Positions 1 through 13,074 of a stretch of DNA of 64,000 bases are shown here, piece after piece. A program made the translations under genes and the position numbers. Position 1 is the first letter of the stretch; the number at the start of each line of letters is the position of its first letter. This stretch comes from Marsupella aquatica (Eukaryota; Plantae; Marchantiophyta): contig OZ316898.1 of NCBI GenBank assembly GCA_973895155.1, positions 10,873,187-10,937,186 of the forward strand. The letters are read 5' to 3'. The notes below the pieces were generated by a model, which was not told where the DNA came from, made no database searches, and worked only from the letters and a program-made list of their open reading frames with translations.

Positions 1-214
1 CTGCTTTGTAATAGTCTCGCTGCTTTCTACTTTCTGCATCCAAAGCCTCTTGATTCTCTCACTTTTCATTTTTCGTTCATCGTTTTTCTTCCGGCTCCTA
101 GACTGAGGCTTCGTCGAACTCTGTTATGATCCAGATGATGTCGTGGATTGGGCTGTGATAATCGTGGCTGAGCTACTACATCCTCAAAGTGAATTGGACT
201 TTGGATCAGTAACG

Positions 215-2318
215 ATGGCTACTAGAGCTGGAGGCTTGGTTCTTCTTCTAGTGGCGATGATGATGATCACGGTGCCGAGAGCACAAGCATGGAGTGTTAG
301 CTGCTCGAATCCGGCTTCGTGGTGTTATGGGGTTCTCCAGACGTGCCCCCAAACCTGCGTGAATTGGTGCAAAGTGGACTGCACCACGTGCCTCGTCAAG
401 TGCGGTCAGTCATCTTTCCCTCCTTCCTCCCCAGCCTTGAATTGCGTGACGGACGGCGTTTCTTGATGACCCGTTTGTTGTTGACAAATTTATGAGATTT
501 TGTTGGAAGTGTCTGGAGCAATGAGGACCCTTCTGATAATCTGAGTGGGATAGAGATCTAAGTGAGGATATCGCATTTAGCTAGATCCACCATGTTTTGT
601 GCAAATGGACAGTCAAAATGGGAGTCTCGTCATCCGCTAATCTGGAGATCTTGCTGTCGGTTTCTTGTGCAATAGTAAGAGCAATAGATAAACGAAGCCC
701 GCTGATGCCTTCACAGATGATGGTGGGTCTGTACAGCATGTGATGAGCCAGGTGCCGTATGCCAGGACCCCAGGTTCATAGGAGGCGATGGAGTAATGTT
801 CTATTTTCACGGAGAGAAGGACAGAGATTTCTGCATCGTCTCAGACCCATCTCTACACATCAACGCTCATTTCATCGGCAAACGAGGCTTGGGCATGACC
901 CGAGACTTCACTTGGGTACAGTCCATTGGGATTCTGTTCGGTTCGCACCAAGTGTACGTTGGAGCCAAGACCACCGGCGTCTGGGACAATCACGCTGATG
1001 CTCTCTCTCTCGCCTACAATGGCGAACCGCTCGTCCTGCCTCCTCGCGAAAGTGCTACTTGGGAGCTGCCTTCTGCCGGACTCAAAATCATCCGCACTGA
1101 AGGCAAGAACGCCATATCTGTCGAGGTCTGTATTCGTCTCGATCTTATTATTTTCTCTGTTACTTTGGTATAGAGAGAGAAAGAGAGTGGTCGAGATTTT
1201 GAGTCAACTGATTGACTGCCAGGGTTGTGCTGGAGCAACGTCACTGTCTCCGGTTTCGCCAAATGTTTGTGTCCGACGTTTCGTTGTGTTCATCTGAGCT
1301 CAGTGTAAGGTGTTGGCAATGTTTACGTCCTTGAAATGCACACGAAAGTTACGAAAATTGAAAGTCCACGTTACGCAGACGAGCACCTCGAGCTCACAAG
1401 CATGCTGTACATCATACTCATTATTCAATTTTCGTTACAGCTGAAGCTTCTTGTTGTGCACAAAATGCCTTGTTCCCGATTTGTAGAAAACCGAACACTA
1501 CCCGTTTCCTTTTCATAAATTTGTACATCCTACTGCAAAAAGAGCCACAACCAACGGATTACTCGATGACGCGAATTCTTGATCTTCAGTGCTAACGACT
1601 CTTCAAAGAGAGAAGGAACTTGAGAAAGAGGGACTGATTCTAACATATTGTGGACCAAGTGATATTAGCTAGGCTCCCGGTTCACAGAAATTTCCGCCAC
1701 GATAAAAGCCGATGAAAAGTTAGGGATAAACATTACAGGAGTCTAAGTGAGGTCATTCGCAGAACATTTGAGGATTTCATGTAATTTGGCCGAATCAAAC
1801 ATGAAACTGGTAAATGACGGCAGATAGCCACAAATAAGCATATTAATCTTAGCTCTCTTGCATGATGACTTCTTACTCTGACCATTTCTAGTTTTGTGCT
1901 GAGACGGAACGAAACACGTTTTGGTTGATTTCAGGTCGCCCATAGTTTCAAGCTGGAGGCAATCGTGGTCCCAATCACAAAGCAAGAGTCGCGAGTTCAC
2001 AAATACGACATTCAATCCGATGACTGCTTCGCCCACCTGGAGCTGCACTTTCAGTTCTACAACCTGTCCACCGAGGTCACTGGAGTGCTGGGCCAGACCT
2101 ATGTCCACGGCTACACGAGTCCTGTCAAACGAGGAGTGCCGATGCCCATTATGGGCGGAGAGCACAGCTTCAGGAGCTCGTCTCTCATGCACTCAGATTG
2201 TGCAGTGTCCAAATTTGGGACTGTCCCAAGCTCGTCCCTTCAGATCATCCCACAGGCAATTTCTGTCACTTGTGATGGAAATTCTGAGTCGGGTCGTGGC
2301 TTTGTTTGCCGTAGATAG
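215..2318 (+). CDS. Root cap domain / LEA-related secreted Cys-rich protein (3 exons)
   Basis: Exons 215-404, 737-1125 and 1935-2318 join in frame with GT-AG introns. Signal peptide MATRAGGLVLLLVAMMMITVPRAQA, Cys-rich segment, then CQDPRFIGGDGVMFYFHG...HINAHFIG...RDFTWVQ and DDCFAHLELHFQFYNLS..VTGVLGQTY...MPIMGG, typical of the Root_cap family. Confidence 0.9.
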
Positions 2319-3182
2319 AGAAAGTAAGTACAGTAGCTTCAGTTGTCAAGAGATGAGCTTGGAATTTAGGGCTCTGGTTCCTGAACCCCTCTTGTTTCTT
2401 TTTTATAGAGTTGTTCATTGGTTGAGTCTCAGCATATATTCTGGCTGGCCTGGCTTGGGGCCTGGCTTGGGGGTTATGAGACTGCAAGCACCCCTGGGCC
2501 AGTTTAGCTCCGGAGCTATGGGAGCCAGCCCGAATGCCCAAGCTTTGCCCATAAATAAATGGGAGCCTTTGCTCATAAATAAATGGTGAGCATCATAGTG
2601 ACCGTTTCCAGTTCCATCCCCAACTGTAGGTGTGCCCATGGAGTCAGGGTCCAGAAACCTCTAGACCATGGGTTCCAATGTGAAGCTTTCTATTATGAAT
2701 TATTAGTTTGAAGGGGTGGAAATTGTCTCGTGAAAATACTCTATGGGTCCATGCTGGGATATTCGAATTTTGGGCTAAGGGGTGTAACCCCCTTAGGGCC
2801 ATTGGTTGTTGGTCACAAGACCCCCTCCATGCATGCTGTGTGAGTAGGTGAATGGTGTAAATGAGGGGGAGTATCAATTATCTTTGGGGGCCTTGGTTCT
2901 CCACTTTGTGATCTTGATTTAATCTTCTCTCCCTCCTGGTGGTGCAGTGTCCCCTGATTGGATCCATGGGTTATCCTGCTTATGGGCTACTCTACAGTAT
3001 TTGCAAACTCCAATACATGATGATGATCTGGATGGATGGATGTAGTCTTGTTCAATGTTGGAGTATTGTTTGTTGTCTGGCTGAAGAACCTGTATGTAAT
3101 TGTACCAGATTGTGCATTGGCATGGCCTCACTCTACTAGCCCTTCCATGTCTTGCAGCAATTGCACCCTGTACTTATATCAC

Positions 3183-4140
3183 CTAGCCCCAGCACCTCTT
3201 CCTTGAATAAAAATAAATCTATGCTATTTCCATTCATCATCCTTGCTTTTTGTCCACCCTCATGTCAGTTTTGTCTTTATGTAGATTCAATGTCACTTTT
3301 GTTATATTTCCCCATCCTTGTTTTTTGTCCACCCTCATTTTAAGTTTTGTCCTTATGTAGACTCATTATCAATCTTGTCTCTATTGAGATTTTCCATCTA
3401 AAAAGCTTCACTCTACACCATAGGCATTAAAAATAGTTTCCCTTTGCAAACTAGCCCAGACTACCTGTTCTTTGAACACAATAGAGGAGAGGACAATAAA
3501 AATTTCAACCAATATATGTAATATTCACATTCTTTGAAGTTTAATGAAATGATTAAAAAAAAAATCATGCTTGGGTCCCATCATGTTAATCATCATCATA
3601 CATATCATAACTTCCTTCTTTCTATGCACATATATTAGTGTGTCTAGAGACTTCACTCTACAAGCCTAAATCTCAACTTTAGTTTTCTTTCTCGCTTTAT
3701 ATATAAGATAGTGAATATATCTCAACTCTAGTTTCCCTGAGCGCACATATATATATACTAGCCCCCACTACCCGTCCTTTGAATGTGAATAGCAGAGAGG
3801 ACAATAAAAGAATTATCAAAATATATTTTCTATTCATATTCTTTAAAAATTATTGAAATGATAATTTTTTTATCATTTTAATAGTCATATATATTATATT
3901 ATTCTCTTGTATGTGCACATCAGTCTTTTTGTATGCACATCCATCTTTTATGTACATATATTGTGGTGGGGCCATAGTGCTTATATTTTTTGAATGTAAA
4001 TAATTAAAAATTATTATAAAAAATTGACATGTACATACACAATAATGTCATGAGTTTCTCCCATGCACATGATGACCATAGAGTTACTGGCTAGAGGCTT
4101 CACTCTAGACCTAGGCTCTTAAGAAACTCTGGACCTAGGC
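3183..4140. repeat. Three degenerate tandem units (~270-380 bp), possibly Helitron/Helentron-derived
   Basis: Units start CTAGCCC at 3183, 3451 and 3758; the last two continue ..CTACC.GT.CTTTGAA...GAGAGGACAATAAAA. Each unit carries a CTTCACTCTA motif (~3406, ~3651, ~4099). The Helitron assignment is inference. Confidence 0.4.
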
Positions 4141-4178
4141 TCTTAAGAATAGAGTTCAGTTGATGCTTTTATATTAAG

Positions 4179-4288
4179 AGTCAGAGTCTGAATGAGAATG
4201 AATATGTATAGTCTGGTAATGATTGTACATATAGTGGGACCAGGGTGACCGGCTGGTCTGGTCATCCGGTCAAAGGTAGAATCTAACA
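4179..4288 (-). repeat. 3' LTR of copia element
   Basis: Matches 17761-17870 with 5 differences, 3 of them in the outer 10 bp. Starts TGTTAGA on the minus strand right after the PPT. Confidence 0.9.
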
Positions 4289-4599
4289 CTCCCCTTTGGA
4301 TATATAGTGACAACTATATAGACAACATAGACTATACTTATTATATCATGTTCATAGGAAATACATGATATAAGTACAATCGAGGTAAACTGCCTCGTTA
4401 AAAAACCTTTATCAACTCTAGCTTAGTAAAAACTCTACCAGTGTAGCAGAGAAAAATATGAGTGCTAAAGGAAAAAGAGTGCAGTCTAACAATCCTCGTC
4501 GTAATAAATGTCAATGTTAAGTAAAGTTAGATGCTATAGTAAATCTAAGTTTAGCATCTGTCTCAACAACGGGTCGTCAGCATCATGTCGTCAGCATCA

Positions 4600-6232
4600 T
4601 CAAGTATCATGTGGAGCAGCAGCCTCCACGGTCATCATGCGTCGCACACTCCGTAGTCCAATCGCCTGGTAGTGTCGGTGATGAACTGATGGTGGTAGTG
4701 ATTTGGTGAAGAGATCCGCACAGTTGTCTGCACTTGAAATCTACAAAATGTTGATCTCTTTTCCATGTAACTCGTGGGTGTAGAAAATTTTTGGAGCTAT
4801 ATGCTTCACGCGGTCGCCTTTGATGAATCCTTTCCTGATCTGCTGTATACATGCTGCGTTATCCTCAAAAATGTTAGTAGGCTTTGTTAGTGGTGGTAGG
4901 CCGCATTTGGTGTTGATATGGTTTATAAAGGATCGTAACCAAACGGCTTCATGACTAGCCTCATGTAGAGCTAAGATTTCTGAGTGATTCGATGAGGTTG
5001 TTGTTAGGGTCTGTTTCACGCTTTTCCAAGAAAAAGTGATACCCCCAATAGTAAAAACATATTCAGTTTGGGATTTTGCGGTGTCAGTGTCGAAAAGATA
5101 TCCGGCATCCGCATATCCTATGAGTTCGTGGTTTGCACGGAATGGGTAAAATAACCCTGTATCAGTGGTGCCATGCAGATACCTAAATACGTGTTTAACT
5201 CCATTCCAGTGTCTGGTTGTGGGAGTTGCACTATGTCTAGCTAGTAAGTTAACTGCAAATGCAATGTCTGGTCTAGTCTGATTTGCTAGGTACATTAATG
5301 CTCCTATCGCAAAAAGATATGGGGTTTCTGGTCCTAATAGGGTTCATGCTCTTCGCGCTTGCGAAAAACATCAGTATTGTTTTCTAATGAATGTACAACC
5401 ATTGGTGACGTCAATGGGTGTGCTAGGTTCATATTGAACTGTTTTAGGATCTTTTCGGTTTGTGTGGTTTGATGGAGTGTCATGCCAATAGGTAAGATCT
5501 CCAGTTGTAATCCTAAGCAAAAGTTTGTATGTCCAAGGTCTTTCATCTCAAATGTTGATTTAAGACTAGTAATAGTATTTTCGGTAATTTGGGGTGTCCC
5601 AAATATGTTTAAGTCATCAACATAGATAGAAACGATGACATATTTGTCATCCACATGTTTAATAAATAAACATGGTGTAATGGCATCATGGGAAAAACCC
5701 ATGGCAATTATTTCATCAGTAAATCTTTGATACCATACTCTGCCACTTTGTTTCAGGCCATATAATGCCTTCAACACGCAGATAGCTAGTCCGCGGCGAG
5801 TATTACGTACGGTTGACACAGCGGTGTCGTTATTATGAGTTACATGTGTAGATGACACATGAGGTGTAACTTGAGATAATTGTGTTATAATCTTATGTAA
5901 ATATGGAATATGCGATTTAGCGCCTTGAGCTAAAGCTCGGCGTCGTTGCTCTAGCTCAGGAGGTGATCGCATGTATAGACAAGTGTCTAAAGTTCCATAT
6001 AGATATGCGGTGGAAACATCCAGTTGTCGTATTTGTAGTTTATGGAAAATGGCAAATCCGATAAGGTATCGAAATGTTGTGCTATCCATAACCGGTGAGT
6101 AAGTTTCATCGTAATGAATTCCCGGTTGTTGGGTAAATCCTTTCCCTACCAGACGTGCTTTGTAGCGTACAACTTGGCCTTTATCATTTCTTTTGCGGAC
6201 GAATGTCTACTTGTAGCCAATGAGATGTACGT
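4600..6232 (-). pseudogene. Copia RT-RNase H (disrupted)
   Basis: YKARLVGKGFTQ, LDVSTAYLYG, KALYGLKQSGR, IYVDDL, TRPDIAFAV, GYADAGY, IFEDNAAC and ADLFTK motifs. Stops at 6207-6209 and 4741-4743, frameshift near 5335. End coordinate approximate. Confidence 0.9.
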
Positions 6233-7312
6233 TGTCATGATTTTCTCTTAAGTTATAAAAAATTGTTTGTTTTAATATGCTATAGATTATATAAGTAATT
6301 TAGTAGTTAAATTATTAAATTTAGACTTTATTAAACTTCTTTAGCTATATTAACGGACTATAGTAGTTTCACCAATGCATATGAGTAGTTCCATCAACTA
6401 CAATAATATTCACCAATGCATAGTAGGTCCACCAACGCATAGTAGTTCCACCAACGCATGGTAGTTCCACCTACTAAAAGTAGTTTCACCAACTATGAAC
6501 AGTACTAGCACACTCTTAGGTATTAGATGTTTGACACTTGGCCTTCATCCAAGTGCTTGGGCTTGATCCATGCCCTCTTGGTGTGCACTATAAATAAAGT
6601 GGTGAGGTGCACTCTCCCCTCATTCCGCACTGTTTATCATTCAAGGTTGTGAAGCTCTTTTGTGCCTTGAACATAGTAGTGGGCGTCCTTTGGCCCAGAT
6701 AGCAAAGGAATGAGTGGTAGACTTATAGATGGGACCTTAGAGAATAAATTTTCTTTGGGAATATATGGGTGGGGCATTCTTTGGCCCGGATAGCAAAGGA
6801 ATAGGAGAGCCATCATGAATCCAGGAGAGAGAGTTATCCCTGATCTTCACCTTCGTAATTCGTTTTTGATTAGAGTTCATCTTTTAGACAAACCATCTAT
6901 GAGGCAACATCTAACCTATCATTTTGGAGCTCAGTTTGCAACTGCTGTTATGGTTTCTAACGAGCCAATAATATACCCAATGGTGTCGTACTGAAAGGAG
7001 TGGGAGTGCATCATCTTTATCCTTTCTTGAAGTCATGGATCTGAATAGGAGTCCGGATGATATCCCTGTTTTATTTTTTCTTGGAGATATTAGGATCATA
7101 TGTCGTAAGAAAACTAATTTTCGTGATGTGTTGTCCGCTAGTATGGTGAAGTAGGGTTTAACAGTATTTTAGTTTCACCTGAACCTTTCTTAATACCCAC
7201 TACCCTTGTTACTAGAATTATCATTTTGATTTTAGTGTAGAACTTATGAGCATGCAAGGTTAACTTCAAAAGAGCCAACATGCTCTTGCCAGAAAACACG
7301 GTCATCCGGACA
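6233..7312 (+). repeat. 5' LTR of gypsy element
   Basis: 1080 bp, TG...CA, about 97% identical to 11989-13070 by eye; TATAAATA near 6589. Confidence 0.95.
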
Positions 7313-7458
7313 TAAGTGACGACCATACTGGGAAACCACTGGATTTGGAAGTTAGCTTGTGCATGTTTGAGTTCTAATGGATGAAGAGAGATATGGTTTT
7401 GGAACTTTGAATTCTTAACTTGTTTATATTATTAAGTCAAGAGGGAAGAATTGCAATT

Positions 7459-10400
7459 ATGGGAATTGAGATGAATCCAACTGACATGGAGAGGTTTTCA
7501 TCATTGATTGCTGCTTACTTACATGGAATGAAGGAGAAGGAGATGGAGGAGAACAAGAAGAAGGAGTTGCTTGGTAGGACCACGAAGTACCTACACTCGG
7601 TTCTTACCAAGCAAGGAGAATTTGATGGGTGAAATGTAACCAAGTATCTCAAGGGGTACTGGACGGAGGCTACAATTCATAAGATTGATGCAGAAGTTGT
7701 AGTCAAGGAGTTTGTATCTTTAGTAGAACCTGAACTCAAGGGAATTGTTACTACCTTGATAGATGGAGCTATTGGGGAGAAAGCATGGAAGATCTTTGAG
7801 TTGAAGATGAAAAAAGAATTTTAGCTTGAAGATCCAGATCGGGTTACTCAAGCATCTTTCCTTGATTGGGTGGCCGATAGAAGCAAGAAGTTGGGACCTC
7901 AAGAACTGATAAGGGAGTTTACGAAGAAGTTCAATCAGCTTCCTGAGATTGGTTCTGAAGTTATCAAGGTACAGAAGGCTACTTTACTTATCCGAGCTGC
8001 TGATGAGAAACTTCAAGACGAGTTGGAGCTTGCTCTGGAATTGATGAACCCAAGTCGTGGAGCCAGTCCACCAACTTGGGAGGAGATTGAGATTGCTGTG
8101 CTTAGGGTCAGCCAAAAGCATAGAAGAAAGAAGCTAAGTCATGAAGGTGCTCTACATGCGGTTGCACCTGTGACTTCTATGAGGAGAATGGAGAAAATAG
8201 AGTCAACAACTGGTAGGGGTGAGAAAAACATGGACAAAATGGATGAGTTGTCTGAACTCATGAAAAATCTTACCATTCTTGCCACCCAAGCCTTCGAGCA
8301 AATGGGAGGAGGTGCATCAAGACCAGCGTCAAGAGGTGGTCCAGGAGCCGGGAGTTCCATTGGCGGAGCAAGGAGTTGGAATTGTATTTGGTGTGATAGT
8401 AAGGAGCACTCAAGGCGTGAATGTGGGGAGCTTTCTGTTGCTCTGAGAGAGAGAATAGTCAAGTTCATTGATCATGATGGCATAAGAAAGCTTGCTTATC
8501 ATGATTCAGGAGAGCTTATTCCAGTAAACACAAACAAGGGCGGTATGAAGGTGTTGGTGGAGAGAAGAATGACTGAACATCATACTTCAGCCATTGCAGC
8601 AGCTTTTGGAGATCAGGATGAGCATGAAGCAGATATTTACACCCTCTTTGGGAGTTCTTCGTCAACAGAGACAGACAAGAAGAGACTAGCAGAGTTTGTA
8701 AGGAGGAAGTCAGGCTGGAGTGATCCAGTGTTGATCTCTTCTTTCACTGCAGAAGTGGGATCTCTATGGGATTCTATGGTAGAGGAGAAACGAAAGTCGT
8801 CCGAACCTTTGGAAGAACGTGCCAAAGGAAAACAAAAGGTTGAGCCTGGACCCTCTATTTTGCAGCCATCATCAAGAGTCCCAATAAGAGGAGTGTTCGA
8901 TTTGAAGATAGAGGAAGTACAACAAAGGAGCCTACTTCGACTCCTTCATCCTCAAAGGAGATGGAAGTGGTAAAAAAAGAGAAGGTGGAAAAGAAAGGAC
9001 CTGGTTGGGTCCTTGGAAGAGATGTTGAGCAGCACATTGCGTATGATCAAGTTGCTGAGAAGTTTTGGAAAGCGGAGGTGAGCGGAGTCACCAATGAGGA
9101 GTTTTTTGCTTGCATGAACTCCAAGGCTCAAGATGCATTACTTGCAAAGGTGAAACGAAAACGATTTTACAAGGAAGGACCTCATGCCTTGGGAATGGAG
9201 GTTTTTTCTGATGTTGATGAAGATGGAGAAGGTTCAATTGTTTCTCAAGCCAGTGTGGAGTGTGAAGTGTATCAAGTGAATGCGGAGAAGATCCCTAGAC
9301 CACAGATGCTAGGGTCTTCAACAAAGGAAGTTCCTGAACCAAAGATGTCAGGAGTTGAGGTATTGGAGAGGTGGAAACCATTGGCGAAAGCAACAACAGG
9401 ATTTGCAGTGACCCAGGATATGACAAAAATTAGTCATAAAGAGGTGCTCAAGGCCTCACAAAGTGTGTGGGTCATGTGTGCTTCAGCTATGAAGAATCCT
9501 GATTCAGGAGACGACAAGGAGTCCATCTTGGAGCCGTTTTGGGCAAGAACTTGCTCAGTTGTGGAGGTAGAGCTTGTAGGAATGGAGGGCAAAGCTTGAG
9601 CATTGATTGACACAGGATCTGAGATGAATCTAATGTCAAGAAGCATCTATGATCTTGGGCAATGGATGATTGATTGTGATACTCAATGGTCTGTCAACTC
9701 AATCAATCGTTCAAAGAATATGCTTTGGGGAGGATGCCCTGGAGTATCAGTGAAGGTTGGCCATGTGATAGAACCAACTAACATCTTTGTGCATGATAGC
9801 TTGCCCTATGATCTCATTCTAGGGCAGCCTTACATTACTCAAGCTCGAATGGAGTACAAGGTCCTACCAGATGGCACTCATATGGCAAAGGTAAGGAGTC
9901 GGGATGAATTGCGGGTAGATGCAATCAATCAGATGAAAGATTGTAAAGCAACTTCGGAGGTGCGAAGGTTCTTTGGCGCTTGCTTGTTCTATAGGATCTG
10001 GATTCCTCACTTTGCACATATTGCTAATCCTTTGTACGGATTATTGAGGAAGAATGTGCACTTTGTTTGGACAGAGGCACATAAGGAGGCTATGCAAAGG
10101 TTAAAGGAGGCCTTACTTAGCCCCCTTGTTTTACGTCCCTTATGCTATGATGGAAGACCCATCATTGTCACTGTAGATTCAAGTTCTGATGCTGCTGGAT
10201 GGGCGGTGGGGCAGGATGATGAGGAGGGGAGAAGATTTGCAGAAAGGTTTGGAGCTAAGATCTTTTCAGCAAGGCAAAGGCATTACCCTCAAATCAAGCG
10301 AGAGTTGTGGGGAGCAAGGATAGCCTTGTGTCAAGAAAAAGTCTACTTAATTGGAGCACAAGTCATTCTTGAGACTGATTGTTTACCACTTTTAGGGATG

Positions 10401-11935
10401 ATTGCTAACTGTGATACTCCAGACATTGCTATGCTACGTTGGATAGCTTTTATTAGGATAATCAACCCCGAGCTTCGACACATTGCTGGAAAAGATAATC
10501 CAGTAGCAGATATGCTTTCAAGAGCCCGCTATGATCAGAATGAAGTGGAGGCAGTTCAAGTGATGAATGGAGAGTTTGAGGTCTTAACATTTCGAGAGGA
10601 GCTATATTCTGGAGAGTTGCTCTTGATTGGAAGGTACCTTAGTACTCTTCAAAGGCCTATTGAAATGATAGAAGAGAAGTTTCAACAATTACGGAAGAAG
10701 GCTTACAAGTTCATGCTCAAGGATGGTGTTTTATGGAGAAGGTCTTTGAAGAAAGGACATGTTCCTTGTAGAGTTCTTGATACAGATGAAGAGAAGAAGA
10801 AAGTCTTATGGGATTATCATGATGCTGTTGAAGCAGGACATCGAGGAGTTAGAGCTACCTATGAGCGGGTTCAAAGGTGGTACTGGTGGTCAGGCATGTA
10901 TGTGGATGTAAAATCCTATGTTGGATCTTGTGAGAGTTGTCAGTATTACTCTAAAGTTCGGTTTAGAGATGGACTTAATCCCACTAGTCCTTTTTCTTTA
11001 CATTTTTAGTGGGCAGTAGATGTGGTGCACATGCCATGGGAAATTAGGGGGGCAAAGTACCTTGTCCTTGCAAGAGAAGATCTTCTTATGTTGAAGGAAG
11101 GGCTTTAACCTCTAACACTACAGAAGCAGTATGCAGGTTCATACTTGAAGACGTTATAGCACGTCATGGTTATTTTGTGCAAATGAGAGCAGATAGAGGA
11201 GAGCTGAATTCTGAAGAGGCTGCAGAATTTTTTGACCGGTTCAACATCAAGCTCAAACTCACTACTGCCTACAACCCAGAAGGAAATGGAAAGATTGAGC
11301 GAGGGCACCCACCGATAGTGAATGCCTTGGTGAAATTTGGTCGAGGAAAACCATCGCTTTGGCCCAATCTTCTACCATTTGCTCTTTTGGCAGATCGAAT
11401 GACATGCACTACCACAACAGGAATTACGCCTGCCAAATTAGTCTCTGGACATTTGCCTTTGATGCCGATTGAGAAAAATGTTTAGAGTTGGAGGATGATT
11501 GAATGGCAAGATAGAATCTCCCAAGAAAAGTTGCTGGAGCGAAGGATTGAGCACTTTAGCCAGACCAAGGAGAAGATTGAGGAGGCGTTACTAAGGCTAA
11601 AGGAGGCTCGTGAGAAGAATAAGGAACGATTTGACAAGATCCATCGTTTGAGACCAATTCCCATCCAGAATGGAGATTGGGTCTTGATCTATGAGGGAGG
11701 GTTGGAACAGCAACATTCTACTCTGAAGAAGTTTGCACGTCGTTGGAGAGGACCATTTGTGGTGGAGGAGGTTTGTCCTAATGCAACATATGTGGTAAGA
11801 GAACTTGATGGAGCAATTCGTCGCAATTCCTATGCAGGGAAGCAAGTGAAATTGTTTAAACGACGAACTCGATTTGTGACAGAGGAAAAGTTTGAACCCG
11901 ACGACTATGAGGCTTTAGATGAAGAAGACATGTAG
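7459..11935 (+). pseudogene. Gypsy gag-pol (gag, protease, RNase H, integrase; RT core absent)
   Basis: Zinc knuckle CIWCDSKEHSRREC; protease LIDTGSEMN...DLILG; RNase H VTVDSS...KRELWG...ETDC...NPVADMLSR; integrase HHCC, DRG, YNPEGNGKIER and WRGPF. Stops at 7630, 9597, 11007 and 11483, plus frameshifts. Confidence 0.9.
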
Positions 11936-11988
11936 CGATTCTAGGTGTGGTGCATACCGGAGGATGCACATGTTTGGTAGGGGTGATG

Positions 11989-13070
11989 TGTCGTGATTTT
12001 CTTTTAAGTTATAAAAAATTGTTTGTTTTAATATGCTATAGATTATATAAGTAATTTAGTAGTTAAATTATTAAATTTAGACTTTATTAAACTTTTTTAG
12101 CTATATTAACGGACTATAGTAGTTCCACCAATGCATATGAGTAGTTCCACCAACTACAATAATATTCACCAACGCATAGTAGGTCCACCAACGCATAGTA
12201 GTTCCATCAACGCATGGTAGTTCCACCTACTAAAAGTAGTTTCACCAACTATGAACAGTACTAGCACACTCTTAGGTATTAGATGTTTGACACTTGGCCT
12301 TCATCCAAGTGCTTGGGCTTGATCCATGCCCTCTTGGTGTGCACTATAAATAAAGTGGTGAGGGGCACTCTCCCCTCATTCCGCACTGTTTATCATTCAA
12401 GGTTGTGAAGCTCTTTTGTGCCTTGAACATAGTAGTGGGCGTCCTTTGGCCCGGATAGCAAAAGAATGAGTGGTAGACTTATAGATGGGACCTTAGGGAA
12501 TAAAGTTTCTTTGGGAATATAGGGGTGGGGCGTTCTTTGGCCCGGATAGCAAAGGAATAGGAGAGCCATCATGAATCCAGAAGAGAGAGTTATCCCTGAA
12601 TCTTCACCTTCGTAATCCATTTTTGATTAGAGTCCATCTTTTAGACAAACTATCTATGAGATAACATCTAACCTATCATTTTGGAGCTCAGTTTGCAACT
12701 GCTGTTATGGTTTCTAACGAGCCAATAATATACCCAGTGGTGTCGTACCGAGAGGAGTGGGAGTGCATCATCTTTGTCCTTTATTGAAGTCATGGATCTG
12801 AATAGGAGTCCGGATGATATCCCTGTTTCATTTTTTCTTGGAGATATTAGGATCATATGTCGTAAGAAAACTAATTTTTGTGATGTGTTGGTCCGCAAGT
12901 ATGATGAAGTAGGGTTTAACAGTATTTTAGTTTCACCTGAACCTTTCTTAATACCCACTACCTTTGTTACTAGAATTATCATTTTGATTTTAGTGTAGAA
13001 CTTATGAGCATGCAAGGTTAACTTCAAAAGAGCCAACATGCTCTTGCCAGAAAACACGGTCACCCGGACA
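11989..13070 (+). repeat. 3' LTR of gypsy element
   Basis: 1082 bp, TG...CA, preceded by G-rich GGTAGGGGTGATG and followed by TSD ACGT. Confidence 0.95.
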
Positions 13071-13074
13071 ACGT

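Larger units (their letters stand above)
6233..13070 (+). mobile_element. Ty3/gypsy LTR retrotransposon (non-chromovirus, Ylt1/Phygy-like), RT-deleted, nested in copia RT
   Basis: LTRs 6233-7312 and 11989-13070 (TG...CA); 4-bp TSD ACGT at 6229-6232 and 13071-13074; PBS-like TGACGACCATACTGGGA at 7317-7333. Order gag-PR-(RT missing)-RH-INT. Removing the element restores copia PKDVHLIGYK. Confidence 0.93.

Noticed and set aside
12668-13070. C-terminal part of the 443-aa ORF and small ORFs at 6911, 7138, 12393 and 12774
   Set aside because: Read-through from the copia frame into the antisense gypsy LTR; the other LTR copy is frameshifted here.
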